A DNA stretch of 64,000 nt from Candidatus Planktophila sp. (GCA_964203745.1 CAXNOC010000001.1:6430-70429); one strand, 5' to 3'. Counted from the stretch's first letter, positions 1 to 9,635 are shown. The notes: generated from the letters alone by a model not told the origin. Translations and numbers: made by a program.

Positions 1-376
1 TACGCAATCCCTTGCTTGCATCGATTAAAACTAAAGCGATATTGGCACGAGATGCAGCAACAACCATGTTTCGTGTGTACTGCTCGTGGCCCGGAGCATC
101 TGAGATAATTAGACGTTTGCCATTAAGTAAATTCATTGACCTGTATGCAACGTCAATTGTTATTCCTTGATCACGTTCGGCCTGAAGTCCATCTGTGAGC
201 AGGGAGAAGTCAATTTCGCCTTCCGGTATTGTCGAGCCGCTCCTTCGAATTTTTCGGGTCGCATCTACGCTGTCATGTGGAACGCTATCGGTTTCAACTA
301 GTAATCTGCCGATTAACGTACTCTTGCCATCATCAACACTTCCACATGTTAGAAGTCTTACGATTGAAACCGTCAT
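1..376 (-). CDS. cysN: Sulfate adenylyltransferase subunit 1 (CysN/CysNC GTPase), runs off the window edge
   Basis: Not in the ORF track. My translation from the ATG at 376 (TAATG overlap with the cysD stop) gives [26 protein letters not shown]...[21 protein letters not shown]...[12 protein letters not shown], which are the CysN G-domain motifs. Confidence 0.93.
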   Translation of the reverse strand, partial: MTVSIVRLLTCGSVDDGKSTLIGRLLVETDSVPHDSVDATRKIRRSGSTIPEGEIDFSLLTDGLQAERDQGITIDVAYRSMNLLNGKRLIISDAPGHEQYTRNMVVAASRANIALVLIDASKGLR

Positions 377-1287
377 TAAAAGTAGCCCTCGGATTTCTTT
401 TTCTCCATGGAGTCTTCATTTTCCCCATCGATTAACCTTGTGGCCCGTTCACTTAATTTGACGTTAAAGACCTCGTTAACTACTTCTTCAATGGTTGTGG
501 CATCTGATTCGACTGCCGCCGTTAATGGATAGCAGCCAAGAGTCCTGAATCTAATCTTTTTTAATTCAGGTATCTCTCCATCAATAAGCGGAAGGCGATC
601 ATCATCAACCATGATTAGCTGTGACCCGCGTTTTACTACAGCTCTTTCTTTGGCGAAGTAGAGTGGATTAACTTCAATATTCTCTTCGTAGATGTAGTTC
701 CAGATATCTAGCTCAGTCCAATCCGATAATGGGAAAATGCGCATGGACTGACCTGGGTTTAGGCGAGAGTTAAATGTTTGCCATAGCTCCGGTCTTTGAT
801 TTCTTGGATCCCAGATATGGCCAGCCTCGCGGACACTGAAAATCCTCTCCTTTGCCCGGCTCTTCTCTTCATCTCGGCGGGAGCCACCAATGGCGGCATT
901 GAAACCAAAACTATCTAAGGCCTCTCGAAGCGCCATCGTCTTCATGATGCGCGTGTATTCAGAGATCCCAGATGTAAATGGATTCACACCAGAATTAATA
1001 CCTTCTTGATTGGAGTGGACGATCAAATCGAGGTTATTCTCCTTAACGATTCGATCTCTGAAAGTGATCATCTCTTTGAATTTCCATGTCGTATCAACAT
1101 GTAGGAGAGGAAATGGGATTTGCGCAGGGAAAAAGGCCTTTTTTGCTAAATGGAGTAAGACAGATGAGTCTTTGCCAATTGAATACATCATTACTGGTTT
1201 GGAAAATACCGCCGCGCTCTCACGCAAAATCCTGATTGATTCACTTTCTAGGGTTCCAAGAATTGAATCTGCAGAGCGCATTAGCAA
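376..1287 (-). CDS. cysD: Sulfate adenylyltransferase subunit 2
   Basis: PP-loop [48 protein letters not shown] and C-terminal [11 protein letters not shown]. The start may be the ATG at 1281. Confidence 0.96.
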   Translation of the reverse strand: MLMRSADSILGTLESESIRILRESAAVFSKPVMMYSIGKDSSVLLHLAKKAFFPAQIPFPLLHVDTTWKFKEMITFRDRIVKENNLDLIVHSNQEGINSGVNPFTSGISEYTRIMKTMALREALDSFGFNAAIGGSRRDEEKSRAKERIFSVREAGHIWDPRNQRPELWQTFNSRLNPGQSMRIFPLSDWTELDIWNYIYEENIEVNPLYFAKERAVVKRGSQLIMVDDDRLPLIDGEIPELKKIRFRTLGCYPLTAAVESDATTIEEVVNEVFNVKLSERATRLIDGENEDSMEKKKSEGYF

Positions 1288-1290
1288 ATC

Positions 1291-2553
1291 TTATCCCTTC
1301 TTGAGGGAGCCGCCCTTGTTAATCCTTGTCAAAAACATGTGAACCCCAATTCCAATTGCCATTCCCCAGATTAAATCGATAGCCACCGTGCTAACGGCGG
1401 TAATAATTAGAGTAGCCGCCTCAGATCTAGTAGTACGCAGAGACTCCATGATTGAAGCTGGATTGAGAATTCGATAGCTGGTACCAAGCAAAAGACCGGC
1501 AATCACTGCGGTCGGGATTGCACTTACAAGAGGTGCGGCGACAAGTGCGATGAGCAGAAGAATAAGAGCGTGAAAAACAGATGCCAGTCGACTCTTAGCG
1601 TGCGACCTCACGTTCACGCTTGTGCGGGCGATTGCGCCAGTGGCTGGCATTCCGCCGTAGAGGGATGCGGCGATAGTTGCTAACCCTTGACCAAATAACT
1701 CTCGATTAGGTTCAAAGTGTGTCTTCTCATGTGCCATGCCATCGGCGACTCGTGCAGACAATAGTGATTCGACTGCGGCCAGTAATGCAATCCAAAGGGC
1801 TGGAATAAGCAGTGAGCTTAAGTTTTCAAATAGTGGGCTTTGGTAGGTACCAAGTGCGCGAGGGATGTTACCGATGCTAGCGACGTCAATTGAGAGCGCT
1901 TTAACTATTAACGTCACGATAAGTAAAGCGACAAAGCTGGCTGGAATGTGATGCTTCATTTTTAGGCGATGGGCAAGATGAGGCCAAGCAAACTTGATGC
2001 CCAGAGTAATCACAACAACCACAAGTGATGAGTAGTTAAGTCCGGCATCGAGTGCATTCCTTAATGTATTCCAAGCGACGCTATAACTCTTTTCTCCTTC
2101 ACCTCTAGTAATACCGAGAGCAAGTGGAATCTGTTGCAGCGCAATAATGAAGGCAATTCCAACTGTGAATCCCTCAACGACGGTCCAGGGAACTCGATTG
2201 ATAACTGCGCCAAGTTTAAAAACGGCCATCGCAATAACCATGACGCCGGCCATGAGACCCAGTGCTGGAATCGCCCCAACGCCGTAGGTATGAATAACTG
2301 GAATCAAAATAACCGTCATGGCACCCGTTGGGCCACTGACTTGGTACTTAGAACCTCCGAAAATTGCAGCTAGAAATCCAGCGATAATTGCCGTTGTTAA
2401 ACCTGCCGCCGCTGACATCCCTGATGTAATTCCAAAGCCGATAGCGAGGGGCAGTGCAACTATTGCCACGGTCAACCCAGCAATGAGATCAGTGAGGAGA
2501 TCTTTTCGATTTTTAGAAAACTCGCTTCTGCGTGGCCAGAAGGAGAAGAACAT
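1291..2553 (-). CDS. SulP/SLC26 family anion (sulfate) permease without a STAS domain
   Basis: DLIAGLTVAIVALPLAIGFG, GGSKYQVSGPTGAM, NRELFGQG and GGMPATGAIART; co-oriented with cysDN. Confidence 0.9.
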   Translation of the reverse strand: MFFSFWPRRSEFSKNRKDLLTDLIAGLTVAIVALPLAIGFGITSGMSAAAGLTTAIIAGFLAAIFGGSKYQVSGPTGAMTVILIPVIHTYGVGAIPALGLMAGVMVIAMAVFKLGAVINRVPWTVVEGFTVGIAFIIALQQIPLALGITRGEGEKSYSVAWNTLRNALDAGLNYSSLVVVVITLGIKFAWPHLAHRLKMKHHIPASFVALLIVTLIVKALSIDVASIGNIPRALGTYQSPLFENLSSLLIPALWIALLAAVESLLSARVADGMAHEKTHFEPNRELFGQGLATIAASLYGGMPATGAIARTSVNVRSHAKSRLASVFHALILLLIALVAAPLVSAIPTAVIAGLLLGTSYRILNPASIMESLRTTRSEAATLIITAVSTVAIDLIWGMAIGIGVHMFLTRINKGGSLKKG

Positions 2554-2581
2554 GTAGGTATGTAAGCAGACTTATGTCCCG

Positions 2582-3802
2582 TTGTCAGTTACCGTTATCA
2601 CTCTTATGGGAAATGATTTATTTGCATCGTCCAAACGCGCTCGAAACGGACTATGGGCAATGTTTTTTATTATGGGCGCAGTATCGATGGCTTGGGTTTC
2701 CCGAATTCCTGAGATTCGTGATGCTAACGGACTAAACAATGGGCAGCTTGGATTAGTTCTCATTTCGAGCACGGTTGGTGCAATTATTGGAGCGCAACTT
2801 TCAGGGCGCTTAGTTCATACATTTGGAACGAAGCCTATATTGAGAATTGTCACAGTTGTCATGCCGACAGGGTTGATCTTGATTGGTATCTCCACTTCTC
2901 CGATAACTTTAATGGCCGGTCTTTTTGTCTTAGGTCTTGGTTATTCCAGCGTAGATATCACATCAAATATTCAGGCAGTTATTGTTGAAAAACTTGTAGG
3001 CAAGCGAGTCATGTCCTCATTTCATGCGATGTGGAGCTGCGGTGCATTTGCTATAACAATATTCGGTGGGGCCATTGCAAAACATGTCTCACCTCGCGAC
3101 AATTTAGTCGGCGTGGGTATCGCATGCCTCATCCTTTTTATTCCGGCGGTTTTTATGTTGTTGCCACCACATTTAGATGATCACGATGGGGGAGAAGAGG
3201 AGACTCAAGCAAAAATCCCTTTCATTAGCAAAGATGTTTTACCTCTCTGGGGGATTGGTATTGGCTTATTAGGTGGACTTATTGCAGAAGGCGCAGTGAG
3301 CGACTGGGGCGCAATTCTCTTACGTGATGACATGGGCTATGGCATTGGAGTGAATGCATCGGCCTTTGCACTCTTTTCTTTGGGAATGATCGTGGCGCGC
3401 TTTATGGGCGATAGAGCCCTTGATTACTTTGGCCCTCGAAAGACCGTCTTATATGGTGGTTATTTAGGGGGCTTTGGAATGGGTGCAGGTATCGCCATAG
3501 GCGTTCCTCTGTCAGATTCACACCCACTTCTGGCTTTGGTCGTCGTAAACATTGGCTTTGCATGTGCAGGAATTGGAATCGGTCCGATGTTTCCTGCATA
3601 TATTTTGGCCGCTTCTCAACTACCAGGTATCGCATCTTCGGTAGCAATTGCCCGCGTTGGCGTTATTGGTTTAGCCGGATATTTCATCGGACCATCAGTC
3701 ACCGGTGCACTGGCACAGCTCACCTCTTTGCCGATTGCAATGATGTATCCGATTTTGATGTTATTACTCGCCGGCTATCAATCACACATAATTAAGAAGT
3801 AG
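2582..3802 (+). CDS. MFS transporter
   Basis: About 12 hydrophobic segments; MSSFHAMWSCG, EGAVSDWGAILL and ARFMGDR are typical MFS motifs. Start uncertain. Confidence 0.85.
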   Translation: MSVTVITLMGNDLFASSKRARNGLWAMFFIMGAVSMAWVSRIPEIRDANGLNNGQLGLVLISSTVGAIIGAQLSGRLVHTFGTKPILRIVTVVMPTGLILIGISTSPITLMAGLFVLGLGYSSVDITSNIQAVIVEKLVGKRVMSSFHAMWSCGAFAITIFGGAIAKHVSPRDNLVGVGIACLILFIPAVFMLLPPHLDDHDGGEEETQAKIPFISKDVLPLWGIGIGLLGGLIAEGAVSDWGAILLRDDMGYGIGVNASAFALFSLGMIVARFMGDRALDYFGPRKTVLYGGYLGGFGMGAGIAIGVPLSDSHPLLALVVVNIGFACAGIGIGPMFPAYILAASQLPGIASSVAIARVGVIGLAGYFIGPSVTGALAQLTSLPIAMMYPILMLLLAGYQSHIIKK

Positions 3803-3809
3803 ATAAGTT

Positions 3810-4223
3810 TTAGAAATTAAAGAATGCACTTGTAATGCTTGGACCGAAATCAGCTCCAGATCCAACTAATACGAAGATGATTAACGCTGCTCCAGCCATT
3901 GAAATATCTTTCATGAATGCGATTTGTTCATTCTGCTTGGCCGTTGCATCAGTTTCTTTCCAGAATGCATGCATTAAGAAAGCAGTTGGGATTAAGAAGA
4001 TTGCGATGAGAAGGGCTCCTAGATCTGCGTACACACCGAAGACGATGTAGAGGCCTCCAACGAGGATCATTAAACCTGAGACGACTACTGCCAGCTTTGC
4101 AGCTGGAACCTTCTTGTATTGGGCATAGCCAGTCATCGCCTCTAATTTTGTGAGGTGGTTGGCGCCTGATGCGAGGAAGATCAGTGCAAATAGCACTCGA
4201 GCGATTATCAGTACCGTATTCAT
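3810..4223 (-). CDS. DoxX family membrane protein
   Basis: ARVLFALIFLASG...H, HAFWK and FMKDISMAGAAL; SD-like AAGGGAG upstream. Confidence 0.85.
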   Translation of the reverse strand: MNTVLIIARVLFALIFLASGANHLTKLEAMTGYAQYKKVPAAKLAVVVSGLMILVGGLYIVFGVYADLGALLIAIFLIPTAFLMHAFWKETDATAKQNEQIAFMKDISMAGAALIIFVLVGSGADFGPSITSAFFNF

Positions 4224-4263
4224 GGGGCTCCCTTAATAGGTGTGAGCATTGTGAGACTCAAAT

Positions 4264-4283
4264 TTAGTTGAAATTTCAATTAA
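4264..4283. promoter_or_regulatory. Palindromic operator upstream of doxX (MarR/RosR-like)
   Basis: TTAGTTGAAATTTCAATTAA with a perfect 12-bp core TTGAAATTTCAA (4268-4279). Confidence 0.45.
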
Positions 4284-4317
4284 GTTGCTCCCCGACACGC
4301 CCTGCCCACTTGCTATC

Positions 4318-4339
4318 TGTCAGTCCAAAGGGCTAGTTT
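4318..4339 (+). promoter_or_regulatory. PafBC/RecA-NDp-type DNA-damage promoter
   Basis: TGTCAG-N10-TA-GTT-T matches the actinobacterial TGTCRG-N10-TA-N3-T motif. Confidence 0.65.
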
Positions 4340-4355
4340 TCGAACATCTGTTCGA
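4340..4355 (+). promoter_or_regulatory. LexA (SOS) box
   Basis: TCGAACATCTGTTCGA is a perfect actinobacterial TCGAAC-N4-GTTCGA, directly upstream of the dnaE2/dinB operon. Confidence 0.92.
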
Positions 4356-4386
4356 ATATCCACAGCCCAAGGAGTAGGCCTTAGAA

Positions 4387-4668
4387 ATGTCAGTCCCGCA
4401 GATTAATCCCGCCCACGATGTCACCATCGATGGCGCAACTACACCTATTGAGTTCACCTTCAAGGGCAGGCGCTTTCGTATCCATGCAGTTTTATCCAGG
4501 TGGTGCGAGGCCGGCGGTTGGTGGAACCGAATTAGTGATGGAAAGTATCGCCCCGATGATGCAGCTCGCGCAGTGTGGCGCGTTGAGGCCGCCCCTATCG
4601 GAGCACTTACAACCTTCGAACTTGAACGCGACGAGCTCAGTGGTCAATGGATTATTAGATCGATATGA
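4387..4668 (+). CDS. DUF6504 / stand-alone ImuB-C-like small protein
   Basis: PIEFTFKGRRFRI...RWCEAGGWW...VWRVEA...FELERDELSGQW pattern; AAGGAG SD; ATGA coupling to dnaE2. Confidence 0.75.
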   Translation: MSVPQINPAHDVTIDGATTPIEFTFKGRRFRIHAVLSRWCEAGGWWNRISDGKYRPDDAARAVWRVEAAPIGALTTFELERDELSGQWIIRSI

Positions 4669-7600
4669 GTTTTATTCACCTCAATGTTGCAAGTGCCTAC
4701 TCACTCAAATACGGCACAACCCAACCACATGATTTAGTTGCGCGCGCTGCCGAGTTTGAAATGCCGGCCTTAGCGCTGACCGATCGCGATGGTTTAGCTG
4801 GCGCAGTTCGCTTTGCGCAAAGCGCTCTTGACTACGGGATTGCGCCAATCATCGGAGTCAATCTCGGTATTGATTTAGGCGGTACTAAAACCCGCATCAC
4901 ATTACTTGCTCACAGTGATGGGGGATGGTCGGCGTTGTGTCGGTTACTAACATCTCTTGCAATGGTCAGCGATAATCGCAGCCCCGTTCTTACCCTTGAA
5001 TTTCTGCAACGCTTTAACCATTACAGTTCAAAGCTCTACGCACTTCATGGCCCCGAATCACCAGTGGGGGCGCTACTCACCGATAACCGCATCGATGCCG
5101 CGTTTTCAACATTTAATCTAACTCGGGATTTATTTGCCGGCAATGCAATTGAATGCGTTTCACATGTAGTTGCAGGTAAGGGTCCGCGTTCGATGGTGCA
5201 TGCTGCCAGGTCACTGATTTTTGCTCGCGATCACGATATCGATGCCGTTATTACAAATGCCGTACGGATGCGAGATCGCTGTGACGGACCGGTAGCAGAT
5301 GTTTTAGATTGTGCACGTCAGTTAGTACCACTGCATCCACGCCATGTTGAGCGCCGCAATGCTGAAGGATTTTTAAAATCTGGCGACGAAATGATTTCAT
5401 TAGCTGGCGAAATTGCGCGTGCAGCAGGGGAGCGCACACCACGTCAATTACTTGCAACGACAAGGGCATGGGCCGAGCGCGCTTTGTTATCTCCTGCACG
5501 AGATATTGGTCTGGGCGGTGCGCACTTACCTGAGCCGCATGTCGTTGGCGCACAATCTGCACATGAGATGCGCATGTTATTGCGTACCCGCAGTGAGGCC
5601 GGAATCAACTGGCGCTATAGCGATAGTGGTGCGATTAAAAAAGCGCGTGCACGTTTAGATGATGAACTATCAACGGTTGCAACGTTGGGTTTTGAATCTT
5701 ATTTTTTAACCGTCGCTGATATCTGCGATATGGCGCGGGACGCCGGTATCCGTGTAGCTGCACGAGGTAGCGGTGCGGGCTCACTTATCTGTCACTTACT
5801 TGGAATCTCAGGTGTTGAACCTATGGCACATGGTCTATTAATGGAGCGCTTTTGTTCACCGCTTCGCAGGGCTCTGCCAGATATCGATATCGATGTTGAA
5901 TCCCACCGGCGCTTAGAAATCTATGACATGGTTTTCAAACGTTACGGTGATACAAACTGGGATACACCCAATAATCAATCGCGCTGTGCAACCGTTGCAA
6001 TGGTCGATACATATCGTGCCAGGCATGCCATTCGCGATGCCGGAGCGGCCCTTGGCTTACCTGCGATGGAGATTGATATGTTGGCAAAATCAATGCCGCA
6101 TGTACGTGCACGCAATATATCTAGTGCACTTGAAAACCTACCCGAACTCAAGTCTCTCAATATTAAAGCCCCACTTACTGCGATGACGATCGCTCTTGCC
6201 GAACGCCTTGATGGACTACCAAGGCATTTAGCGATGCACCCATGCGCGATAGTTTTATCCGATGGCGGCCTGTTAGATCGAGCGCCCCTCGTGGCTAACG
6301 CCAGCGGTTATCCAATGGTCGTCTTTGATAAAGATGATGTTGAAGCTATTGGCTTATTAAAACTCGATGTACTGGGTGTGCGCATGCAGTCGGCGATCTC
6401 ATTCGCACTCACTGAAATCGAACGAGTACAGGATGTAAAGATTGATATTGATTCAGTACCGCTAGATGATGCACGCACGTATGAGTTGATTCAATCAACG
6501 CGCACCCTTGGAATCTTTCAAGTGGAAAGTCCGGGCCAGCGCGAACTAGTTGGCAAACTCGAACCTAAAACATTTACCGATTTGATTATCGATATCTCAC
6601 TCTTTCGCCCGGGGCCAGTTAAAGGCGACATGATTACGCCCTTCTTAAAGGCGCGTCACGGGTGGAGCCCAGCGCAGATTATTCACCCTGATCTCTATGA
6701 AATTCTGCGAGATACAGAGGGCGTTGTTGTCTTTCACGAACAGGTAATCCAAATCATCGCAACGATGACTGGTGCATCTCTGGCCAGCGCCGATGAAAAG
6801 CGTCGCGCATTGGGGGATAAGAGCGGTGCGCAAGAGGTCTGTGACTGGTTTTTTCCCGCTGCAATATCGCGTGGATATGAGCTACCCATCATCAATCAGA
6901 TTTGGGATCTCCTGCGCGCCTTTGCATCCTTTGGCTTTTGTAAGGCCCACGCAGCCGCCTTTGCCATGCCCACATATCAATCGGCCTGGCTTAAAACACA
7001 TTACCCTGCAGCTTTTTTAGCGGGGGTTCTCACGCATGAGCCGGGCATGTATCCCAAACGTTTAATCGTCGATGAGGCGCGTCAGATGTCGATTGCCATC
7101 GCACCGCTAGATGTTAATGAATCCGATTCTCAGTATCGAGTTGAAGATCAAGGCGGCGCGATTCGGATTGCACTCTCGACTATTTCAAAGATTAGTGATG
7201 GTGAGATTGCATCGATTATCGCCGGTCGTCCTTACACGGATCTATCTGACTTCGTGCATCGCTCTGGCAGCAGCGCACCCGTTACAGAGAGTGCAATTCT
7301 TACCGGAGCTTTTGATCGCCTACATAGTGATCTTAACCGTCGCGACCTCTTGCTACATCTATCTGATTTAGAACGCTCACCGAACAAAGCTATCTCCGGT
7401 GCGCAGATGAACTTAGCTTTTGCCCCACCCGCCCTCATTAGGAGCGGACTACCCGATATGAGCTCTGCCGAAAGTGTGCGCCATGAAGTCGAACGTTTAG
7501 GCATCGATATGTCACATCATTTAATCGAGTTCTATAGCGATTTTCTTAACGCTATCGGTGCTGTTCGATCGTCACAGTTGCTGGATACGCGTTCGCGATC

Positions 7601-7892
7601 TAGCGTTCTTGTGGCAGGCATAAAAGTTGCGATGCAGACCCCGCCCGTGCGCTCGGGTAAACGAGTTATCTTTTTAACCCTCGATGATGGCTATGGCTGT
7701 AGCGACTCGGCATTTTTTACCGACGCGCAGGCTGACTTTGCTAGCACCCTGTATTCATCATCCCTGCTAATAGTTCGCGGAGTTACTCGGCGTACGGGGG
7801 CACGGGGAATCTCAATTAACGGCACAGGTGCATGGGATTTGCGCGCGGCATATGAAACATGGCGCGCTAAAGAAAGTACGCTGGCAATATGA
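4665..7892 (+). CDS. dnaE2: Error-prone DNA polymerase III alpha, DnaE2
   Basis: RGSGAGS, catalytic PDIDID, GLPRHLAMHPC, KLDVLG and FGFCKAHAAAFA; degenerate PHP (HLNVAS); LexA box upstream. Confidence 0.95.
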   Translation: MSFIHLNVASAYSLKYGTTQPHDLVARAAEFEMPALALTDRDGLAGAVRFAQSALDYGIAPIIGVNLGIDLGGTKTRITLLAHSDGGWSALCRLLTSLAMVSDNRSPVLTLEFLQRFNHYSSKLYALHGPESPVGALLTDNRIDAAFSTFNLTRDLFAGNAIECVSHVVAGKGPRSMVHAARSLIFARDHDIDAVITNAVRMRDRCDGPVADVLDCARQLVPLHPRHVERRNAEGFLKSGDEMISLAGEIARAAGERTPRQLLATTRAWAERALLSPARDIGLGGAHLPEPHVVGAQSAHEMRMLLRTRSEAGINWRYSDSGAIKKARARLDDELSTVATLGFESYFLTVADICDMARDAGIRVAARGSGAGSLICHLLGISGVEPMAHGLLMERFCSPLRRALPDIDIDVESHRRLEIYDMVFKRYGDTNWDTPNNQSRCATVAMVDTYRARHAIRDAGAALGLPAMEIDMLAKSMPHVRARNISSALENLPELKSLNIKAPLTAMTIALAERLDGLPRHLAMHPCAIVLSDGGLLDRAPLVANASGYPMVVFDKDDVEAIGLLKLDVLGVRMQSAISFALTEIERVQDVKIDIDSVPLDDARTYELIQSTRTLGIFQVESPGQRELVGKLEPKTFTDLIIDISLFRPGPVKGDMITPFLKARHGWSPAQIIHPDLYEILRDTEGVVVFHEQVIQIIATMTGASLASADEKRRALGDKSGAQEVCDWFFPAAISRGYELPIINQIWDLLRAFASFGFCKAHAAAFAMPTYQSAWLKTHYPAAFLAGVLTHEPGMYPKRLIVDEARQMSIAIAPLDVNESDSQYRVEDQGGAIRIALSTISKISDGEIASIIAGRPYTDLSDFVHRSGSSAPVTESAILTGAFDRLHSDLNRRDLLLHLSDLERSPNKAISGAQMNLAFAPPALIRSGLPDMSSAESVRHEVERLGIDMSHHLIEFYSDFLNAIGAVRSSQLLDTRSRSSVLVAGIKVAMQTPPVRSGKRVIFLTLDDGYGCSDSAFFTDAQADFASTLYSSSLLIVRGVTRRTGARGISINGTGAWDLRAAYETWRAKESTLAI

Positions 7893-9064
7893 GTTCGGCC
7901 TCGATTCTTCACGTTGATATGGATGCATTCTTTGCCTCCGTTGCCGAACGCGATAACCCCGAATTAAAGGGTAAAGCGATAGTAATCGGAATGGGAGCGC
8001 GCGGGGTTGTTTCGGCGGCAAATTATGAAGCACGTAAATTTGGCATTCATTCAGCTATGCCAGTGAGCCGGGCTCGCCGATTAGCACCGCATGCGATTTT
8101 TTTGCCCGTTGATATGGCGCGCTACCAAGAAGTCTCATCGAACGTGATGGAGATCTTTGACAGTTTTACACCCTGGGTCGAACCCGTCTCAGTCGACGAG
8201 GCCTTCTTAGATGTAAGCGGAGTACAACGCTTACTGGGCTCACCTCGCGAAATCGCAACGGCTATTCGTGCAAAGGTAGAGTCACAAGAGGGCATCACAT
8301 GTTCAGTCGGAATCGCGCCATCGAAGTTCATTGCAAAACTTGCATCGCAACATTGCAAACCAAATGGAATGCTAGAGATTACCTCCGATCGAATACTCAC
8401 TTTCTTGCATCCATTGCCGATACAAGCGATGTGGGGAGTAGGACCAAAAACCGCTGAGACGTTAGAGCGCCTCGGACTTCGCACCATTGAAGATATTGCG
8501 AATCTGCCTCGTGCAACTTTAATACGTGCACTTGGTCAGGCAAGTGGTGAATCGTTATACGAACTTGCGTGGGGCCGTGACTATCGCGATGTAACACCAC
8601 ATGATGCTGAAAAGAGTATTAGCTCGGCCGAGACTTTTCCTCAGGATTTAGATGATCCGACTCAGATTCTGACCGAGTTCTTGCGATTAACAGAGCGCTC
8701 ATCGGCCAGGCTTCGAGATAAAGATTTATTTGCAAAGACAGTTTCAATAAAGGTGCGCTTCGCCGATTTCTCGACGATTAATAGATCTAAAACACTGGCA
8801 CTTCCCATCGATGGAACCCACGAGATATATGAAGTAGTCAAAGGACTCTATGAGGCGTTGCGTATAGATCGAGCCCGCCTACGTTTAGTGGGGGTATCAC
8901 TGGAGAATTTAAGCGGTGGAGCCCCCGAGCAGATGGTTCTAGGAGCCCGAGAGAGTGGCTGGCGACAGGCAGATGGGGCGATAGACCGTGCCAGGGCTCG
9001 TTTTGGCGCTGGAAGTGTGCGCCCGGCCCGTCTGATTAGACCTAGCCAGGAGAGCGAAGAATAA
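7889..9064 (+). CDS. dinB: DNA polymerase IV (Y-family)
   Basis: HVDMDAFFASV, SAANYEAR, SVDEAFLD (catalytic residues intact) and WGVGPKT. Confidence 0.96.
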   Translation: MSSASILHVDMDAFFASVAERDNPELKGKAIVIGMGARGVVSAANYEARKFGIHSAMPVSRARRLAPHAIFLPVDMARYQEVSSNVMEIFDSFTPWVEPVSVDEAFLDVSGVQRLLGSPREIATAIRAKVESQEGITCSVGIAPSKFIAKLASQHCKPNGMLEITSDRILTFLHPLPIQAMWGVGPKTAETLERLGLRTIEDIANLPRATLIRALGQASGESLYELAWGRDYRDVTPHDAEKSISSAETFPQDLDDPTQILTEFLRLTERSSARLRDKDLFAKTVSIKVRFADFSTINRSKTLALPIDGTHEIYEVVKGLYEALRIDRARLRLVGVSLENLSGGAPEQMVLGARESGWRQADGAIDRARARFGAGSVRPARLIRPSQESEE

Positions 9065-9100
9065 GTAGCGACTAGAGAAAAAATATTCTATTGTTGCCCT

Positions 9101-9448
9101 ATGCCCCTTTCCGATCACGAGATGCGAATGCTCCAGGAGATGGAGGCCGCTCTTTTAACTGAGGATCCGCGCCTATTTTCAGCTCTTTCTGGTGAGGCTA
9201 AGCCTTTGCGCCGAAGCGGCACACTGCTTGGACTCGGACTGATTCTTTTAGGTATCGCAACACTCTTTGCTGGCCTCGTCGCCAAGGTAACCCCAGTTGG
9301 AGTTCTAGGCTTCCTCTTCGCACTGGGTGGGGTTATCACCCTCGTGTCATCGCTCTCCGGTAAAGCCCCACGCGTAAAGGGCGCTCGCAAGAGTAAAGCC
9401 TTCGGATCTCGCTTAGAGCAGCGCTGGGATGAGCGTAATAATCAGTAG
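9101..9448 (+). CDS. DUF3040 family membrane protein
   Basis: MPLSDHEMRMLQEMEAALLTEDPRL N-terminus, two TM helices, RLEQRWDER C-terminus; usual position before mraZ in Actinobacteria. Confidence 0.85.
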   Translation: MPLSDHEMRMLQEMEAALLTEDPRLFSALSGEAKPLRRSGTLLGLGLILLGIATLFAGLVAKVTPVGVLGFLFALGGVITLVSSLSGKAPRVKGARKSKAFGSRLEQRWDERNNQ

Positions 9449-9469
9449 TTTCTAGGACGTACCCGCAGC

Positions 9470-9497
9470 AAGGCCTCCATATTGGGGGCCTTTTTTT
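9470..9497 (+). terminator. Intrinsic terminator
   Basis: AAGGCCTCCA-TAT-TGGGGGCCTT hairpin followed by a T run. Confidence 0.8.
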
Positions 9498-9504
9498 GTG
9501 CCTG

Positions 9505-9585
9505 AAAGTGGGAGCTAGTGGGCGAGAAAGGGGGAAAAGTGGCAAAAAGTGGTGCAAAAAGGAGGGAAAGGGAGTAAAGTGGGGA
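9505..9585 (+). promoter_or_regulatory. MraZ-binding direct repeats
   Basis: About 8 AAAG(T/G)GG-like units at about 10-bp spacing upstream of mraZ. Confidence 0.8.
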
Positions 9586-9635
9586 ACTAAGCCGATGCGT
9601 GATTCGGCCCGAAGAACCTTGGGGAAGGGGTACAG

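Noticed and set aside
9505-9585. Repeat array as a CRISPR or iteron candidate
   Set aside because: Units are about 10 bp with no spacers and no cas or rep genes; position fits MraZ boxes.
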